Shown: in pieces, positions 17,410-25,562 of the stretch
Layout: every line of letters starts with the position of its first letter
Position numbering within the stretch: the stretch's first letter is position 1
IMG/VR virus record: IMGVR_UViG_3300030060_003306
Span: 1 to 29,470 of that record
DNA: 29,470 nt
Direction: 5' to 3' (one strand)
DNA from: a virus
Taxonomy: Duplodnaviria > Caudoviricetes
Position numbers and translations under genes: made by a program
Notes under the pieces: generated by a model
What the model was told of the DNA's origin: nothing
Database searches by the model: none
Seen by the model: only the letters and a program-made list of their open reading frames with translations

Positions 17410-18407
17410 TATCTAATATTGTTTATATGGTCAAATGCTTCTTGAAAATCTATTGTATATTCTATTAATTTGTCGTTTAATTGTGTTTTTCTTGTAAATG
17501 AACTTGTAACAACTTTAACAGGAACAGTTTTCATTGAACCTGAATAACTTGGTCTTCGTACCCAAACATATTCAGAAAGTAATAATTCCTCAAACCATTC
17601 ATTTGTAAACTCAGGATAATAACCTGAACTTAATTTAATGTTACCTTTACCTTGTTTATTTAATGTTTTTACATTATGTTGTTTTACATCAATTGTTGCT
17701 GTATTATTAGTGCCAAATGTAACTATACTTCTTTGATATTCTTCTTGTTTGGTATTTAAGGTATCTACTCTTTTAGCTTGGAACCACAATTCTTGTATTG
17801 TACCCCATTTATTTACAAATAAAACTTTAATAGGTGTAAATCTTGAACAATCCAATCTTTCAATAGTCATTGTTTGACTTCTTAATGTTACACTTGTTTC
17901 TGCAGCATCAAAATCGTTATATTGTACAGCACCATTTGTGTCAAGATATGGAAAAGAACCCTCGTAACCACTCGGTGCATATACTTTATAACTATCTGTT
18001 CCTACATAATTAGGAGAAAATAAAAACACTTGTGAACTATTTATTACAGGATTAACCCCATCTGTAAATATTCCGTAGCCATCTATTCCTGTATGTGTAA
18101 CAGTATTTGTGTTTGCACCGCCATATTGAACAATACTACCTGTTGCATTTGCACCATTATAAAAAGTTATTGCTCTTGATATAGCTATTGTATTAGCTGG
18201 GTGTGAATCATCTGTCGCAACTGAAATATCTAAATAATCTCTACATAATTCTGCTATTTCAAATTCCACATTGCTACCTGCTGTACAATCTTTTATAATT
18301 GTATATCGTAATGTACCACCTATCGTTAATTCTAATTTTGCCGATACTGCTGTTGCAGGTGTTAATAAAACTTCGTATCTCGGGCTTCTTAATTTTATAA
18401 TTGCCAT
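17409..18407 (-). CDS. tail protein (distal tail-like)
   Basis: Beta-rich 332 aa; FVNKWG, ELLLSEYVW and KLIEYTIDF motifs; TAATG-coupled to the next tail gene. Confidence 0.65.
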   Translation of the reverse strand: MAIIKLRSPRYEVLLTPATAVSAKLELTIGGTLRYTIIKDCTAGSNVEFEIAELCRDYLDISVATDDSHPANTIAISRAITFYNGANATGSIVQYGGANTNTVTHTGIDGYGIFTDGVNPVINSSQVFLFSPNYVGTDSYKVYAPSGYEGSFPYLDTNGAVQYNDFDAAETSVTLRSQTMTIERLDCSRFTPIKVLFVNKWGTIQELWFQAKRVDTLNTKQEEYQRSIVTFGTNNTATIDVKQHNVKTLNKQGKGNIKLSSGYYPEFTNEWFEELLLSEYVWVRRPSYSGSMKTVPVKVVTSSFTRKTQLNDKLIEYTIDFQEAFDHINNIR

Positions 18408-18409
18408 AT

Positions 18410-18967
18410 CTATTTATTTTGTCCGTATAAAAAATTATTTTCTATGTCTAAAGAAATTGCTTCTGTAAATTTTTGTGAAAATCTTTTTAATGCTTTATTA
18501 TATGGTTCAGTAAAAAACATTGTAGCTTTTATACCTGATAGATAAATACTTCTTGTAATTAAATATTGCATTGTTTTACGACTTAAAAATCTACCTTTAT
18601 CATCTCTAACTCCTTTTAAGTTTTTTTGTACAGTCCATCTGTTTATTGCTTTACGCAAACCTTTGCTTTTCATACTGCCAAACTTGTATGGACTTTTTGG
18701 TGCTTTTTGTGTACCAAACCATTTTGCACCTTTTGGTAATTGATTTGGATTTTTTCCCTTAACACCTTGGTCTACAAATTTACCATAATCTTCCATTAAA
18801 AATTCTACCAAAAATGCGTCTTTTTCTTGTATTATGTTTGCGTCAATAGAATCATATAATTTACCAGAGCTTTTTTTATCAGCTTCTACTAATTTTTTTC
18901 TTGCTTCTCTGATAACATAGTCAGAAAATCTTTTTAACTCTTTTTCTAATTCCTCAAATTTTAACAT
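18410..18967 (-). CDS. putative neck/tail-completion protein (HK97 gp10-like)
   Basis: Likely start MLKFEE at 18967; basic protein with SSGKLYDSI, YGKFVDQG and GIKATMFF. Confidence 0.55.
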   Translation of the reverse strand: MLKFEELEKELKRFSDYVIREARKKLVEADKKSSGKLYDSIDANIIQEKDAFLVEFLMEDYGKFVDQGVKGKNPNQLPKGAKWFGTQKAPKSPYKFGSMKSKGLRKAINRWTVQKNLKGVRDDKGRFLSRKTMQYLITRSIYLSGIKATMFFTEPYNKALKRFSQKFTEAISLDIENNFLYGQNK

Positions 18968-19431
18968 ATCGATATATCGTTTCTGATTATTATATCCATT
19001 GTAACAGACCAACCTGCTAACTGATTTTCAAACCTATCTACAAATGGTTCTGCATTTGGTTGTCCGTCTAATTGGTATCCACTTGTATGTAAATCCCCTC
19101 TGCTTAATAATTGTATTAGTTCATTAATAACAGATAATTGTGTGTTTAATATATCTTGATGATTGTCGTTACCTCTAAAAATATCTAATGTTTCTGCTTT
19201 AGATTCATTTACAATATCCATCGCCATTACGCTAACATTAAAAGTCAAAGTTTGTTCTCCTATAACTACATTGTTTACCAATATATGTGCAAGTGGAAAA
19301 ATATTTTGCTTTCGTAAATTTACTTGTGATATATCTCCAGATGTAACTTCGTTAATATTTACATCTTTTAATAATTGGTCTTTTATTGTGTTTGTAACTA
19401 AATAATAACCTCTGATTCCTGTATTGCTCAT
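18961..19431 (-). CDS. putative tail terminator protein
   Basis: Acidic 156 aa; FPLAHI and EPFVDRFENQLAGW motifs; position in the tail module. Confidence 0.5.
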   Translation of the reverse strand: MSNTGIRGYYLVTNTIKDQLLKDVNINEVTSGDISQVNLRKQNIFPLAHILVNNVVIGEQTLTFNVSVMAMDIVNESKAETLDIFRGNDNHQDILNTQLSVINELIQLLSRGDLHTSGYQLDGQPNAEPFVDRFENQLAGWSVTMDIIIRNDISIC

Positions 19432-19688
19432 TTAAAATTTCTTTTTATTTGTCTTGATTCCAATTCTTGTTTTTCTTTCATAAATGTCAGCATCATTAAA
19501 CATTCGTGTAACTCTAATTTAGTGATATTTTGGAATTTTGTAATATCTCCTCCAGCGAGTGCATAAATTGATTGATACCATCCCCATTTCCTATTGAAGA
19601 TAGATAAGCTGTCAAGTCCTCTCTCTGATGCTTGTCCAAATAATTCGTCATAGCTTTCGACAAGTCCAGTCCTAAACGAAAAAAAAAA
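19428..19688 (-). CDS. -1 frame extension of the tail assembly chaperone (gpGT-like)
   Basis: Open -1 frame FFFSFRTGLVESYDELFG...RKWGWYQSIYALAGGDITKF...QIKRNFK*. No ATG until near its end; entered at the T10 run; its stop overlaps the next ATG. Confidence 0.75.
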   Translation of the reverse strand, partial: FFFSFRTGLVESYDELFGQASERGLDSLSIFNRKWGWYQSIYALAGGDITKFQNITKLELHECLMMLTFMKEKQELESRQIKRNFK

Positions 19689-20164
19689 CTTATAGAACCA
19701 AGTACCACATTCATTGGCATATCTAACATATTATTTTTTGTATCTGTTTTATAATCCTCTATTAGATACTTTTCTCCTACTTGTGATTTAATTGGTCTGT
19801 ATAACACATTCATTGCTACGTGCATATTTGACCAATCGTTTATATAAGAATCCAAATCAATATATTCCCCAAAAGTCATATTTTCCAAATCTGGTATAAA
19901 GCCATAATCTGTACCATTCATTGTAAAATTTCTAATTAGGTTACTTTGTTTGTCAAACATATTATTAATGATATTGGAAATTTTTGTTACATCTCCAACT
20001 TTCATTAACCTAACTGTTTTACCATCTAAATTGCAAAATATTTCTATCAGCTTACATTGTAAAAAATAAGGGTCGTCATTGTTTTCCTGTATTTTTAAAT
20101 ATTTCTGATATTGTCCTAAAGTTATTTCACTTAACTTATTTGGAACTTTTAAATTTGCTTTCAT
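19514..20164 (-). CDS. putative tail assembly chaperone (gpG-like)
   Basis: First gene of the tail operon; EITLGQYQ, YGFIPDLENMTFGEYIDLD and VLYRP motifs; internal slippery T10. Confidence 0.65.
   Translation of the reverse strand: MKANLKVPNKLSEITLGQYQKYLKIQENNDDPYFLQCKLIEIFCNLDGKTVRLMKVGDVTKISNIINNMFDKQSNLIRNFTMNGTDYGFIPDLENMTFGEYIDLDSYINDWSNMHVAMNVLYRPIKSQVGEKYLIEDYKTDTKNNMLDMPMNVVLGSISFFFRLGLDLSKAMTNYLDKHQREDLTAYLSSIGNGDGINQFMHSLEEILQNSKISLN
19679..19688 (-). other. slippery site T TTT TTT TTT
   Basis: AG-T10-CG satisfies X XXY YYZ in frame 0. Confidence 0.7.
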
Positions 20165-20171
20165 AACTATA

Positions 20172-20198
20172 TAACGATTTTAATTGTGTTTTTTAGTA
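20172..20198 (-). promoter_or_regulatory. late promoter motif copy (TAC-N19-CGTTA)
   Basis: TACTAAAAAACACAATTAAAATCGTTA, 7 nt before the ATG and just after a terminator. Confidence 0.65.
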
Positions 20199-20225
20199 CA
20201 GAAATTTAAGCAGAATTTTTGGAAT

Positions 20226-20253
20226 AAAAAAAGGGGACCGATTAAGCCCCCTT
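20226..20253 (-). terminator. rho-independent terminator
   Basis: AAGGGGGC-TTAATCG-GTCCCCTT hairpin running into a T7 tract. Confidence 0.8.
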
Positions 20254-20281
20254 ACACCAAACTACAAAGTGCTAAACACAC

Positions 20282-20566
20282 TTACACTAATTTAATATTT
20301 TTTTTCAAAGTTTGGTACTTTTCTTGAATATCTTGTAACTGCAAAAGTGCTTTATTTTTACGCTCACGATAATCGCTAACTGCAATTTTATGTTTTTGTA
20401 ATTCATCTTGCAACTTCATAGTGTAAAAAGATATATCAATAATCGCTGTGGAAAATTTTTGCAAATCTTTGCTTTTGCTTTTATCAGTCCATTTTTTTAA
20501 CAGACCTAAACATAAAGTCATATTTGCATAGTATTCCATATCGCTTAGATTTTGTATTTTATCCAT
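20282..20566 (-). CDS. hypothetical protein with C-terminal coiled coil
   Basis: 94-aa ORF, tight spacing to the upstream gene. Confidence 0.65.
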   Translation of the reverse strand: MDKIQNLSDMEYYANMTLCLGLLKKWTDKSKSKDLQKFSTAIIDISFYTMKLQDELQKHKIAVSDYRERKNKALLQLQDIQEKYQTLKKNIKLV

Positions 20567-20568
20567 AA

Positions 20569-20757
20569 TTACGGTTTAATTAAATCTAAATCGTATTCGT
20601 TGGCAACATAATTAATATGTTTTTGTGTGGTCTGCGACCAATAACCTAATTGAAATAATTTAGTACCAGCTATGATACCAACTCTTGTGTTGTAACTCCA
20701 AACATCATCATTGATGACTTTGAGGTTCTGTTTGTATTTGTCTAATGTATATATCAT
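20569..20757 (-). CDS. hypothetical protein (SYxTxV...SxTTxKH motif)
   Basis: WSYNTRVG and YWSQTTQKHINY resemble a common small phage protein family. Confidence 0.7.
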   Translation of the reverse strand: MIYTLDKYKQNLKVINDDVWSYNTRVGIIAGTKLFQLGYWSQTTQKHINYVANEYDLDLIKP

Positions 20758-20912
20758 TTGTTTTTGTTTTTGTTTATAAAATCTTGCGCTTCTTTTTTTG
20801 TCTTAAAATGTTTGTATTTTGTAAATCCTGTTTTGGGGTCAACACCTAACATTACAGAATAATCTTTAATTTTAGTATAAGTGCTGTCTGTCCATCTTGT
20901 ATGTAATTCCAT
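20754..20912 (-). CDS. small basic protein (52 aa); not in ORF track
   Basis: MELHTRWTDSTYTKIKDYSVMLGVDPKTGFTKYKHFKTKKEAQDFINKNKNK*. ATGA overlap with the next gene. FKTKKEA resembles AP2/arm-type DNA-binding motifs. Confidence 0.65.
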   Translation of the reverse strand: MELHTRWTDSTYTKIKDYSVMLGVDPKTGFTKYKHFKTKKEAQDFINKNKNK

Positions 20913-20928
20913 ATTTAAGTTTTGTTTT

Positions 20929-20966
20929 TATAAATATAATAAAAAATCCTCTATTATTAACAATTT
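20929..20966 (-). promoter_or_regulatory. putative host-sigma promoter
   Basis: AAATTGTTAATAATAGAGGATTTTTTATTATATTTA: TTG...TAnnTTT(A); similar to the copy at 21685-21722. Confidence 0.4.
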
Positions 20967-21423
20967 ATTTAATAATTGTTTCTTTTTTTGTAGCAATTTT
21001 ATATTTTTCTGCTTTATAATAACGCCAATAAGCTACAATACTGCATTTGTCTTTATATTGGTCTGGCATACATTGTGGAGGTTGCACAAATTTAGTTGTT
21101 TGCATACCACTTGGTGCGTGTTGTAAAGGTATTAAGCATTTAGAAGCTGTTAGATGCTCTCTACCGTATCTTCTCTTGAATTCCATACCTATACCTATTA
21201 AGTGATAATAAAGCCAGTAGTAATGCTCTGTATTAGCCCTACACCACTTTGTTGATGGGTGATTGTAATATGCTTTTGCATAAGGTACGTTGTGTCCATT
21301 GTCGTAATGATGGTGTGCTGTACATAACATTTGTGCTGATTCTATAATCATTTTACATACGTGCTTGTTATAAAGATATTTGGCAGCGATATAAGGGTTT
21401 TTGTCTAAATAAAATATGTTCAT
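20965..21423 (-). CDS. pyrimidine dimer DNA glycosylase / endonuclease V-like family protein
   Basis: MNIFYLD...AA...NKHVCKMIIESAQML, NHPSTKW, EF..RYG..H, PPQCMPD and AYWRYY motifs. Confidence 0.8.
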   Translation of the reverse strand: MNIFYLDKNPYIAAKYLYNKHVCKMIIESAQMLCTAHHHYDNGHNVPYAKAYYNHPSTKWCRANTEHYYWLYYHLIGIGMEFKRRYGREHLTASKCLIPLQHAPSGMQTTKFVQPPQCMPDQYKDKCSIVAYWRYYKAEKYKIATKKETIIK

Positions 21424-21435
21424 TGTGTTAAATAT

Positions 21436-21470
21436 AAAAAAAAGCAGGGTTACTATTATTCGCCCTGCTT
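21436..21470 (-). terminator. rho-independent terminator
   Basis: AAGCAGGG-N13-CCCTGCTT hairpin running into a T8 tract. Confidence 0.75.
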
Positions 21471-21476
21471 AATCAA

Positions 21477-21680
21477 TTATTGTTCAACCTGTTGCAAACT
21501 ATCCTCGTGAATACCAATATTGGAATCTAAGTCGTTGCCTTTTATTACCTCAACTACTAATGAAAAAGAATAATCCAAATCCAAAGCTTCTCTAACTTCT
21601 TTTTTTAGATATACACTTACATTTCCGTTTTCGTCTTCGGTGGCTGTAAATAATTTGGTGTTATAATCTACCTTAATCAT
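21477..21680 (-). CDS. acidic hypothetical protein
   Basis: Likely start MIKVDY at 21680; followed by a terminator. Confidence 0.6.
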   Translation of the reverse strand: MIKVDYNTKLFTATEDENGNVSVYLKKEVREALDLDYSFSLVVEVIKGNDLDSNIGIHEDSLQQVEQ

Positions 21681-21684
21681 ATTG

Positions 21685-21722
21685 CTAATATAAACAATAT
21701 TCCTAAATAATAACAATTTTGT
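21685..21722 (-). promoter_or_regulatory. putative host-sigma promoter
   Basis: AAAATTGTTATTATTTAGGAATATTGTTTATATTAG: TTG-N21-TATATTAG, 4 nt before the ATG. Confidence 0.45.
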
Positions 21723-21725
21723 TAA

Positions 21726-22889
21726 TTATTGTATGATGTATTTACCAAAGTTTGGTCTGCTTAAAATACTATATGTTGCGTAACGACAAGGGTCGATAAT
21801 ATGATTATGTTTGTCCTCTGGTATATTGGTTAGCCTACCTGTTCTATCCTCTGTCCATTTATAGTTTCTAAATTCTTGTATGGCATTATTGCTTGTGGTT
21901 AATATATGTATCTTGTATCGCTTTAATAAATCTATTCCTGCATTAACTGAATCTTTACCTTTCATACTTGGAAATATATTGTGACCCATACTTCTTAATT
22001 CTGTAATTAATCTTGGCTCGGCACTATCTGCATATATTGGATTCCTGTCTAATTGTTGTTCCAATAAAAACAAGTGTATGTCTCTGGTTGTCATCTGTGT
22101 TCTGTACAGATACTCTCGTATATATAAGTTATATTCTAATGTATAAACAGCAACCAATGTTGTAGGGTCGTTGGTAAATCCAAAATCCATTCCATACGCT
22201 AATAATTTAGCTTCCTCTGGTATTTGTTTAACCTCTATGTAACTAAATATTGTTGCCCTACTTGCTGCCCTTTCTCCTAATCCATATATTTGCCAATATT
22301 GTTCGTCTGTGTCTTTTAACCTTTCTATTTCTTTTATGATTGCTTCCTCTATAAATGGATTGTCTTTGTAGGTTGTTTTAAAAAAATCACAATCACTTCT
22401 CGGTATCACTTTGTCATATATCCAATGATACTCGTCTGATGGATTAAAGTCAATTACAATTCGTTCCTTTGTTCTAAATATAAGTTGTTGCCAATCCTCA
22501 AAATATAATTCGTTGGCTTCGTTTATAAATAACAAATTTCTTTTCCTACCTCTAATTTTCTGTGCTTGGTCTAATGCTACAAACTCTATTAAATTACCAA
22601 AAAGATTATATTCAGAGTTGGATTTATTATGATACAATTCGGAATACATATTGTTGTTTACCAATATCTCCATAAAATCCCTTAATACTGTAGCCCTTAA
22701 ACTTGGAAACGACTTACGACAAATTGTGATTATTTTTTTCTTGTTATTGGCACAATAGTCAAATATAATCCACATAAGAATATTGTAGGTTTTCCCTGAC
22801 CTTGTACCACCTTGCTCAACTACTATTTTTTTATCACTATTGGCTAAGTGTTTATAAACTATATTAGTCTGTATCTTTTGTTTTATCAA
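21726..22889 (-). CDS. terL: terminase large subunit (PBSX/SPP1-like)
   Basis: Walker A GGTRSGKT, Walker B LFINEA, coupling motif DFNP, and nuclease motifs GMDFG, ADSAEP and NHIIDPCRY. Confidence 0.95.
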   Translation of the reverse strand: MIKQKIQTNIVYKHLANSDKKIVVEQGGTRSGKTYNILMWIIFDYCANNKKKIITICRKSFPSLRATVLRDFMEILVNNNMYSELYHNKSNSEYNLFGNLIEFVALDQAQKIRGRKRNLLFINEANELYFEDWQQLIFRTKERIVIDFNPSDEYHWIYDKVIPRSDCDFFKTTYKDNPFIEEAIIKEIERLKDTDEQYWQIYGLGERAASRATIFSYIEVKQIPEEAKLLAYGMDFGFTNDPTTLVAVYTLEYNLYIREYLYRTQMTTRDIHLFLLEQQLDRNPIYADSAEPRLITELRSMGHNIFPSMKGKDSVNAGIDLLKRYKIHILTTSNNAIQEFRNYKWTEDRTGRLTNIPEDKHNHIIDPCRYATYSILSRPNFGKYIIQ

Positions 22890-23223
22890 TTATCTCTATT
22901 TGAAAGTTATTAGGCATTCCGTCTGCACCTGTAATTTCTGTCCTTTCAATGTAACCTCTGTGCTTTCCTTTTGTCTTTAGATAAAACATAGTTGAACTTG
23001 GTATTCCTTTACCTATTTGTTGGTGCAGTTGGCTTTCTGCAAAATCAAGTGCTACATTTTCAATGTCTTTTACTTTTTTAGCAAAGTTATTATCCTCACT
23101 TAACCATTTATAAAATGTGCTTCTTGGTACTTTTGCTTTTTTACAAGCCATTGTTACAACACCTAAACTTTGTTCAAGTGCTTTTAAAATACTTTCCTTT
23201 TTTATGTGTCTACTTTTGTCCAT
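22864..23223 (-). CDS. terS: terminase small subunit (HTH)
   Basis: HTH VTMACKKAKVPRSTFYKW and FYLKTKGKHRGY; overlaps terL. Confidence 0.85.
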   Translation of the reverse strand: MDKSRHIKKESILKALEQSLGVVTMACKKAKVPRSTFYKWLSEDNNFAKKVKDIENVALDFAESQLHQQIGKGIPSSTMFYLKTKGKHRGYIERTEITGADGMPNNFQIEIIDKTKDTD

Positions 23224-24040
23224 CAATATATTTTTTTAAATCATATTCAATTTCCCAATTCAGTATTTCCTTTGTGGCATTTACCATTGTTATTGCGTGT
23301 TCTCTCTCCCCTTTTCTTTTTGGTACAAAAACAATATCATCTGTAAACATTTTTGCAACCTCTAATATACTATAACTTTTATCGCTACTCAAATACCATT
23401 CTTTATTACTGTTTTGCCTTAGTATCTTATATAACGCAATAATTATGTCGTTTATGTGTGTGAATTGTCTGGTCTGTTTTCCATCGCCAACAACTGTTAG
23501 TGATTTTCCTTCTTTGTATTGCTTTTCAAACTTCGCAATAACTGTAGCATAATCACCTGTTGCAATATGGTTTTTACCATAAACATTATAAAAATAACAA
23601 ATCTCATATTGTAAATTAAACCACTTATTGTAGTTCTTTATTAATTCAACCATTTTTGCTTTTACCCAAGAATATGGAGACAAATCTTCGTTACCACCAA
23701 ACTTGCTACTCGAAGCAGAATAAATCAATTTACATTTCCAAGCTTTACACAATTCTATTATTCTTATTGTGCCTTGTAAATTAGTTCGTAAAACATAAGC
23801 AATATCTTTAAATGATGGTACAACTCTGGAATATTCTCCGAAATGGAAAACCAAATCTTGTCTTTCAATATCCAAATCCCAAGTATCGCACTTTATATAT
23901 TTAACTCCTTTAATGTGATTTTTTTCTGTGCCTGTGAAATAATTATCTACTGATGTTATTTGTGCCGAAGTGTTTTTTTTTAAATATGCAATAAGGTTAC
24001 TACCTATAAAACCTGCTCCACCTGTAACTAATATTTTCAT
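23210..24040 (-). CDS. NAD-dependent nucleotide-sugar epimerase/dehydratase (extended SDR)
   Basis: GGAGFIGS, SASSS, YSWVK (YxxxK), YNVYG and GDGKQTRQF motifs. Confidence 0.92.
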   Translation of the reverse strand: MKILVTGGAGFIGSNLIAYLKKNTSAQITSVDNYFTGTEKNHIKGVKYIKCDTWDLDIERQDLVFHFGEYSRVVPSFKDIAYVLRTNLQGTIRIIELCKAWKCKLIYSASSSKFGGNEDLSPYSWVKAKMVELIKNYNKWFNLQYEICYFYNVYGKNHIATGDYATVIAKFEKQYKEGKSLTVVGDGKQTRQFTHINDIIIALYKILRQNSNKEWYLSSDKSYSILEVAKMFTDDIVFVPKRKGEREHAITMVNATKEILNWEIEYDLKKYIDGQK

Positions 24041-24918
24041 TTGTATTTATTATAAAATTTTTTTAATTCTTTATTTTTTATTTTAGTTAGCCTTGTGAGT
24101 TTTATATTTTGTTTTTTGTTTTTAATTTTTTCCCAATCAATATCTTTTCTGCGTTTTAATGAATGTTTAAATTGCATCCAATTAATAAAGTGGTGTGGTC
24201 TGTCGTATCTTATTTTAGTTGTTACATATTGAGGCCATACCTCTTCCAAACTTCTTGTCTTTAAAAACTTTTTTTCGTATGCGTTTCCTTTATATAATTC
24301 TGTTTGGTTTCCACCTTTCATCTTTGCAGTTGTACTTGTTTTATCTACTGTAAATGCATTAAATAAAACTGTACATAATTTATTGTGTAACACTTGCAAA
24401 CAAATATCTACATCTTCATTATACTTTAATCTCCATTTATAAGGCATATTGTTTTTTATTAACATAGCTGAATAAGCGTGTACATTTAAACGAAATGGAA
24501 TATTATCAGATGTTCCCGGTACGACAAAACTTGTATAATTAAATCCTGTTATTGCAATATTTTCATATCTGTCTGTAAATTCCTCTAATATCTCTATTGC
24601 TTTTTTTGCGTTACATTCTATTTTTTTACCCTGTGTTATACGACGAAATTTACTTATGTTATCGTCAAATACCCAATGTCGTTTGTGTTTTTCTTTCTGA
24701 CTATGTTCCCAACAAAAGTTTCTTGCAGGGTATGAACCAACACCTAAATTTGCAAATGGTAATTGTAACACATATTTTGTACCCACTGACTTACAATATT
24801 CTTCGTATTCTTGTGGTTCTACAACTATTTTAAAATCGACACCATCTCTGATAAAACAATTAGCAGTTATTGGATTTTCATACCTACCTTTAGATACTAT
24901 GTAAACAGGATATTTCAT
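24037..24918 (-). CDS. GT-A glycosyltransferase, TAGT/GREB1-related
   Basis: Likely start MKYPVY at 24918 (ATGA overlap); YIVSKGR, VEPQE, ARN, HWVFDDNI, NEDVD, MKGGN and RPHH motifs. Confidence 0.75.
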   Translation of the reverse strand: MKYPVYIVSKGRYENPITANCFIRDGVDFKIVVEPQEYEEYCKSVGTKYVLQLPFANLGVGSYPARNFCWEHSQKEKHKRHWVFDDNISKFRRITQGKKIECNAKKAIEILEEFTDRYENIAITGFNYTSFVVPGTSDNIPFRLNVHAYSAMLIKNNMPYKWRLKYNEDVDICLQVLHNKLCTVLFNAFTVDKTSTTAKMKGGNQTELYKGNAYEKKFLKTRSLEEVWPQYVTTKIRYDRPHHFINWMQFKHSLKRRKDIDWEKIKNKKQNIKLTRLTKIKNKELKKFYNKYK

Positions 24919-25562
24919 TCTGCTTTTCCACCCCACCTATGATTTCCAAAATGTGCAGCATACATACCATCTGGAAAATTACTTTTATCTGAAAACATTT
25001 TTAATCTTACATCTCGTTTTGGTTGTCCAAATCCATTATATGGATAAAAATATTCTACAGGCATATGATTAATCTCTTTTTTACCAAACCAAACATTTGA
25101 AACAAAAGCTGGTCCTGTCCTTACAGAACAAGAACGGTCTTTGTGATTTTCGTACCAACTTGGCAAAGCATCCAATAATTCTTTAAATGATTTATCGCCT
25201 TTACAACCACCAATAACTCCATTCGCAAAAGAACTCTTTGACCTTAAACCAATAAATGTTCTACTATCTTCTAACAATGGGTCAAATGATTTTAACGGCA
25301 TCATATCGGTATCAATATAAATACCACCTAAATTATATAATGCTACTATTCTAATTATATCTGACTGACCTGCGTATGTGATTCCTGAATTATAGATTTT
25401 TTCTAATTTTTCTGGTAATTCTATTTTAGTATAACTTGATATTGTAATAAAATCATAATCAGGGTGTATATCTTTAAATTCTTGCCACCACTTTTCAAAT
25501 AATTCTGGTATAGGTTTTGGACCCAACCATACTCGTATAAATCTTTTTGGTATCTTACTCAT
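24915..25562 (-). CDS. DxD glycosyltransferase (GT32/OCH1-like sugar-binding region)
   Basis: IPK....WLG, SDIIR..ALY..GGIYIDTD, TGP and FYPY motifs. Confidence 0.9.
   Translation of the reverse strand: MSKIPKRFIRVWLGPKPIPELFEKWWQEFKDIHPDYDFITISSYTKIELPEKLEKIYNSGITYAGQSDIIRIVALYNLGGIYIDTDMMPLKSFDPLLEDSRTFIGLRSKSSFANGVIGGCKGDKSFKELLDALPSWYENHKDRSCSVRTGPAFVSNVWFGKKEINHMPVEYFYPYNGFGQPKRDVRLKMFSDKSNFPDGMYAAHFGNHRWGGKAE

Noticed and set aside
18968-19012. Extended starts in the ORF track (also 2290, 12477, 21716, 24936)
   Set aside because: Downstream ATGs give tight coupling with neighbouring genes or fit promoter positions, so the extensions are likely longest-ORF artefacts.
19640-19675. Stimulatory pseudoknot downstream of the slippery site
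   Set aside because: Only a weak short stem (TTGTC...GACGA) is visible by eye; not supportable without folding.
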